Source of the DNA: an uncultured delta proteobacterium
GTDB taxonomy: Bacteria; Desulfobacterota; Binatia; Bin18
Length of the DNA: 64,000 nucleotides
Direction of reading: 5' to 3'
NCBI GenBank assembly: GCA_963733195.1
Contig: CAVTCR010000073.1
Coordinates: 64,001-128,000 of the forward strand
The position numbers were made by a program, and so were the translations under genes. Numbering within the stretch: position 1 is the stretch's first letter; each line of letters begins with the position of its first letter. Below, piece after piece: positions 60,378-64,000 of the stretch. The notes beneath the pieces were generated by a model. That model saw only the letters and a program-made list of their open reading frames with translations, had not been told where the DNA came from and searched no databases.

Positions 60378-61090
60378 GGAGTTTGCGAAGTTCTTTGGTG
60401 CTCTGCGGTCATGATGGTGTTGATAGGCGTGAGAATGCCCTGGAACGTCTATACAAGGGCGCGCAACTTGATGTCGCCTCGGCGCAACACGTGCAGGCCT
60501 TCAAAACCTTCCAGAAAGCGGTCGTGTTTCAGATGTGTTGATAACGGGCTACAAACTTCTGATTTTTAATGTCTTTTAAGAAAGCCAGCAACAATTCTGC
60601 GACACTACCCCGTTTGTCCCGCAGCAGAATATCGATGACTTGCTCATGTTGATCTACCGCACGATAGAGATAGTGCTTGTGTCCACCGCGGAAGCAGAAC
60701 ACTTCGTCTACGTACCACCGCCGCCCCTATCGTCTCCGGTAGTGATGGAGCGCCTTGGCTAATTGAGGTCCGAAGGTTTGCACCCACTTAAGCACCGTGC
60801 GCGCTGAGACATCGATATGGCGCTTAGCTAAGAGTTGCATGACGTGGGCGGCCGCCAGCGGGTAGCAGGCATACCAACGCATGGCGGTGAGGATCACGTC
60901 GGGCGGCCAGCGATAGCCCGAGAACATCGACGTGGAGGCAGCCGTAAAATCACGCTGGCAAGGACTGCAGCCATAGCGCTGTCGACCCCGTTGGTCATAG
61001 CCGTCTCGTTTCGTAGCTGGCCGTTGACAAAAAGGGCAATGTATCACGGATCCAGAGTGTACATGAGCACCAGCTAAATTCGCAAACTCC
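60378..61090 (-). mobile_element. Decayed IS6-family element (Zn-ribbon-led transposase)
   Basis: IRs GGAGTTTGCGAA at both ends; CPFC..QRYGC..C, WVQTFGP, WYVDE, YLYRAVD; internal stops. Confidence 0.8.
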
Positions 61091-61541
61091 TAGTGACGGC
61101 TGTCTCCCTGCTACGGTCTGTGGTGCCTTCACAACATATATCGCTCCATGAAGCGATCCATCTCGATGTCCGGCACGTCAAGATTTTCAGACACAGGCCT
61201 CCACACGAAGGGCAAAGAGGGAAGCGGAGCAAATCAAGGTGTTGTTGCGATGCGCGGCGCGGCACACGAGCACGGAGTTCAGCACGGCACCGTCACCCCC
61301 ACCGCGTGGTAGAAGGGAGGAGCTAAGGTGAGCCTGCCCTCGGCTCCCCGCTACTGCCGACCAGCCGCGCGCATGCTATGGTAGCGGACGACTCCACGCG
61401 GTACGGCGTGGAAGAGAAAGAGCAAGGCTATGGTGAACGACGTGTCGCCTTCTGACCGCCGTCAGCGGAGACAGGGGTTTCTCAATCCGCAGCTGGTGCC
61501 GTCTAGTCTTCAGAGAAGGTATTTTCGATGCGATTTATAAG

Positions 61542-62884
61542 CAATACTTCGGACATTTTTTTGAGCGATCGGGGTTAACAAGGAAGGCCACGAACTGCTT
61601 GAATATGAGTGTGCAACTCCCACTCAGGCGGTTCATGGCCTATGACAATTGTCAGTGACATACTGCAGCAGATGCCGGCAGTCCGTCAACCACAACGAAA
61701 GTTTCTTATGGTGTTGTTTGCTACGATCCTCGCTCTGCGCGAGCGCGTGACCGGACGCAATCTGAGTCGCTACTGCGACTACTCTGAGCGGACGATTGCG
61801 CGCCAGTTCCGAGCTTCTTTCGATTGGCCGGAGTTTCATCACCGTGATGATGACAGCGGCGCTCGATCCATGCTCAGAACTCATCTCGGTGCCGGATGCG
61901 TCGTTCATTCCGAAGAGCGGCAAACAGACGTTCGGCCTGGGGCACTTCTTCAACGGCTGCGCGAATCGGGCGGAACCGGGACTGGAGATTTCGACGCTGG
62001 CAGTGGTGGACGTTACCCGCCGCTGTGCGTTCACGCTTGCCGTGGCGCAGACCCCGCCCGGCAAGGCGGACACGACGGAAGGACAAGCGCGAGGAGGAGA
62101 CGCGCATGGATTTCTATAAACAACAACTCCATGACCAGCGCCACCGGTTGCCCAGCAGGATCCGCTATCACTGCGTCGACGGCTACTTTGCCAAGCAGAC
62201 GTACATAGATGAGGGAGTGGCACTGAATCTGCACCCCATCACCAAACTACGCCACGACGCCAACGGTTTGTTTCTCTATACCGGGCCACATCCCAAGCGG
62301 CGAGGGCGACGACGCAAGTATGACGGCAAGGTCAACTTTCACGACTTGTCCCGATTTGAAGTGCTTGGCACGCTAGAGGAGAAACCGCATATCCATTTAT
62401 ACACGGCGGTGGTGTGGCACGTCTCCCTCAAGCGCCAGCTGCGCGTGGTGGTCCTCGTCAATTGGAAAGATCCCACCAAACCGCGTACATTGTCTTGGCC
62501 TCCACGGATGTGGCGCTGGACGGGCGCAAGTTGGTGGAGTTATACATCGCCCGCTTCCAGATTGAGTTCCTCTTCCGCGACAGCAAACAGTTCACTGGCC
62601 TCACCGATTGTCAGGCGCGTGCTGCACCGGTCCTCGATTTTCATTTCAATGCCGCGCTGGCGACACTCAATCTGGCCCGGACCGAGGAATTGCAGGCCCA
62701 GACCGAGCCAAAGCCCCACGTCTTCTCGATGGCGAGTTGGAAACAACGGCATTTCAATGAACGATTGCTCGATGTCTTTATTGCAAACTTAGCGCTTGAC
62801 CCCATGTGGGTGAAAAATCATCCCGGCTATGAGAAACTCAGAACTTACGGCGCTATTGCTGCCTGATTTTTGTCCGAACTATTG
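61542..62884 (+). mobile_element. IS701/ISH3-like DDE insertion sequence with 5-bp target duplication
   Basis: IRs CAATACTTCGGACA / TGTCCGAACTATTG flanked by ATAAG on both sides. Transposase 61642..62866 (DASFIPKSGK, VDGYF, Y..RFQIEFLFRD.KQ) has frameshifts. Confidence 0.85.
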
Positions 62885-62956
62885 ATAAGTAGAATCTTCA
62901 ATAAGTAGACTCAAATACTTAGCTCAAAGTTTGTCCCGGAAGAGACTTAGTGTGGT

Positions 62957-63752
62957 ATGGTATCACGAGGCCTGCAAAAAGTTTTACGAGAGCATGCTCG
63001 TCTGTTATTTGGCCCTCTAGGTGGAATTGGCATTCTTTGGATCGTCACTGAATGGGTAGACCGTGCAGATTTTTTTGCCGGCATTCTTAGTGGGGAATCG
63101 GGGGTGGAAAAGATGGTAGAATGGCTTGCTTACCACCCGTCACTATTTGTTGTTGGAATTCTAGCTTCTGGGCAGTTATAGTTCCCACCGCTCTCTGGCG
63201 GAACCACATTGAGGGGCTGCCTCGACAATTTAATGAGGGATGAGGGAGGGGACTGTGCGGCACAGACAAGTGCTCCGCGACCTTATTCATCCGGTCCACG
63301 CTAAGTGGACCGGTGCCCCCTCGTCATTTGTCACCGTAACTCGTTTTATTGAAAAGGCGGGATTTCCCCAGGGGCTCCCGCTTAAGAAGGGAGAGTTACG
63401 GCACTACGCGGAGCGCGCAGAAAAGCTGTGGTTTGGTGACCGTAAAGAGTTACTAGATTTCTGTAGGGCGATTTACCCGGCGCACGGTGAGTCGCCTTTG
63501 CTGACTCCAACCCAACGAACGCATCTCTACCTAGCGAGAACGTTGCTCGCGAAGTTTTGGGATGAATGGGGGAGGCGTTGCTACGACGAAGAAAGTATTA
63601 AGGAAGGGGTACTACTTCCGCGCTTGCAATCTTGGGAGTTGACGTTACTGACATACTTAGAAGTTGCGCTTGCTCTCCGCAACAATGAGAGATTAGAGGG
63701 GAAGCAAGGACTGTTTCGACTTGGCTACGAAGTAGCAAAAAAGAACAAATAG
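62957..63752 (+). CDS. Hypothetical protein, possibly one frameshifted gene with an N-terminal membrane anchor
   Basis: ORFs 62957..63181 (hydrophobic) and 63240..63752 on the same strand; no family recognised. Confidence 0.4.
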
Positions 63753-64000
63753 TGACAACGTGTTCATGCCATTACCCCCGAGTTTGGCAGCAAAATTCTC
63801 CTTATTTTTTGCTACTTTCGGTGACGTATCTCTCCTGTATCCTCTGACTCGTCCTCTCCCCAATCGTCTCGTACGCCCCAAGAGGGACGTCATTTTGAGG
63901 AGGCTACGCAATGAGACGCTTCAACGAGTCCCGAGCGAGCCATCTATTTCTACTGGCGCGTGGTCAGCGTCACCAAGATAAAGATCGTGGCTGTCAGTGC

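Overview
Bacterial chromosomal window. The gene content (many CoA-transferases, ACADs, LLMs, a wHTH-AAA-TPR regulator, a DUF1302-type protein) suggests an uncultured deltaproteobacteria-like lineage such as Binatia; this is inference only. Many otherwise intact genes carry single-base frameshifts, which points to long-read indel errors. Bases 1-50.5 kb are mostly core or metabolic genes. These include a minus-strand lplT-aas / pspA / giant-membrane-protein operon with a clear sigma-54 promoter and tandem enhancer-like sites, and a nearby sigma-54 activator with an unfamiliar N-terminal domain. Also present are acyl-CoA and aromatic catabolic genes, an IS5-family element, a decayed island (pemK fragment, CDF, integrase fragment) on the 5' side of tRNA-Arg(TCG), and fbp-fbaB. 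A PrdB-like selenoprotein (in-frame UGA, UxxC motif, SECIS-like hairpin) sits directly upstream of a TIGR04283-type (arsenosugar-associated) glycosyltransferase. Bases 50.5-64 kb are an IS-rich accessory region: IS110, IS6, IS630, ISKra4 and IS701-like elements, two copies of a 109-bp IS6-ended MITE, and a partly decayed Rieske/SDR/VOC/isochorismatase/NtaA cluster. The best candidates for undescribed systems are the selenoprotein-glycosyltransferase pair, the sigma-54 PspA/lysolipid-repair operon, and the res-site-like IS6 MITE. All family names come from motif recognition by eye; no database search was run.
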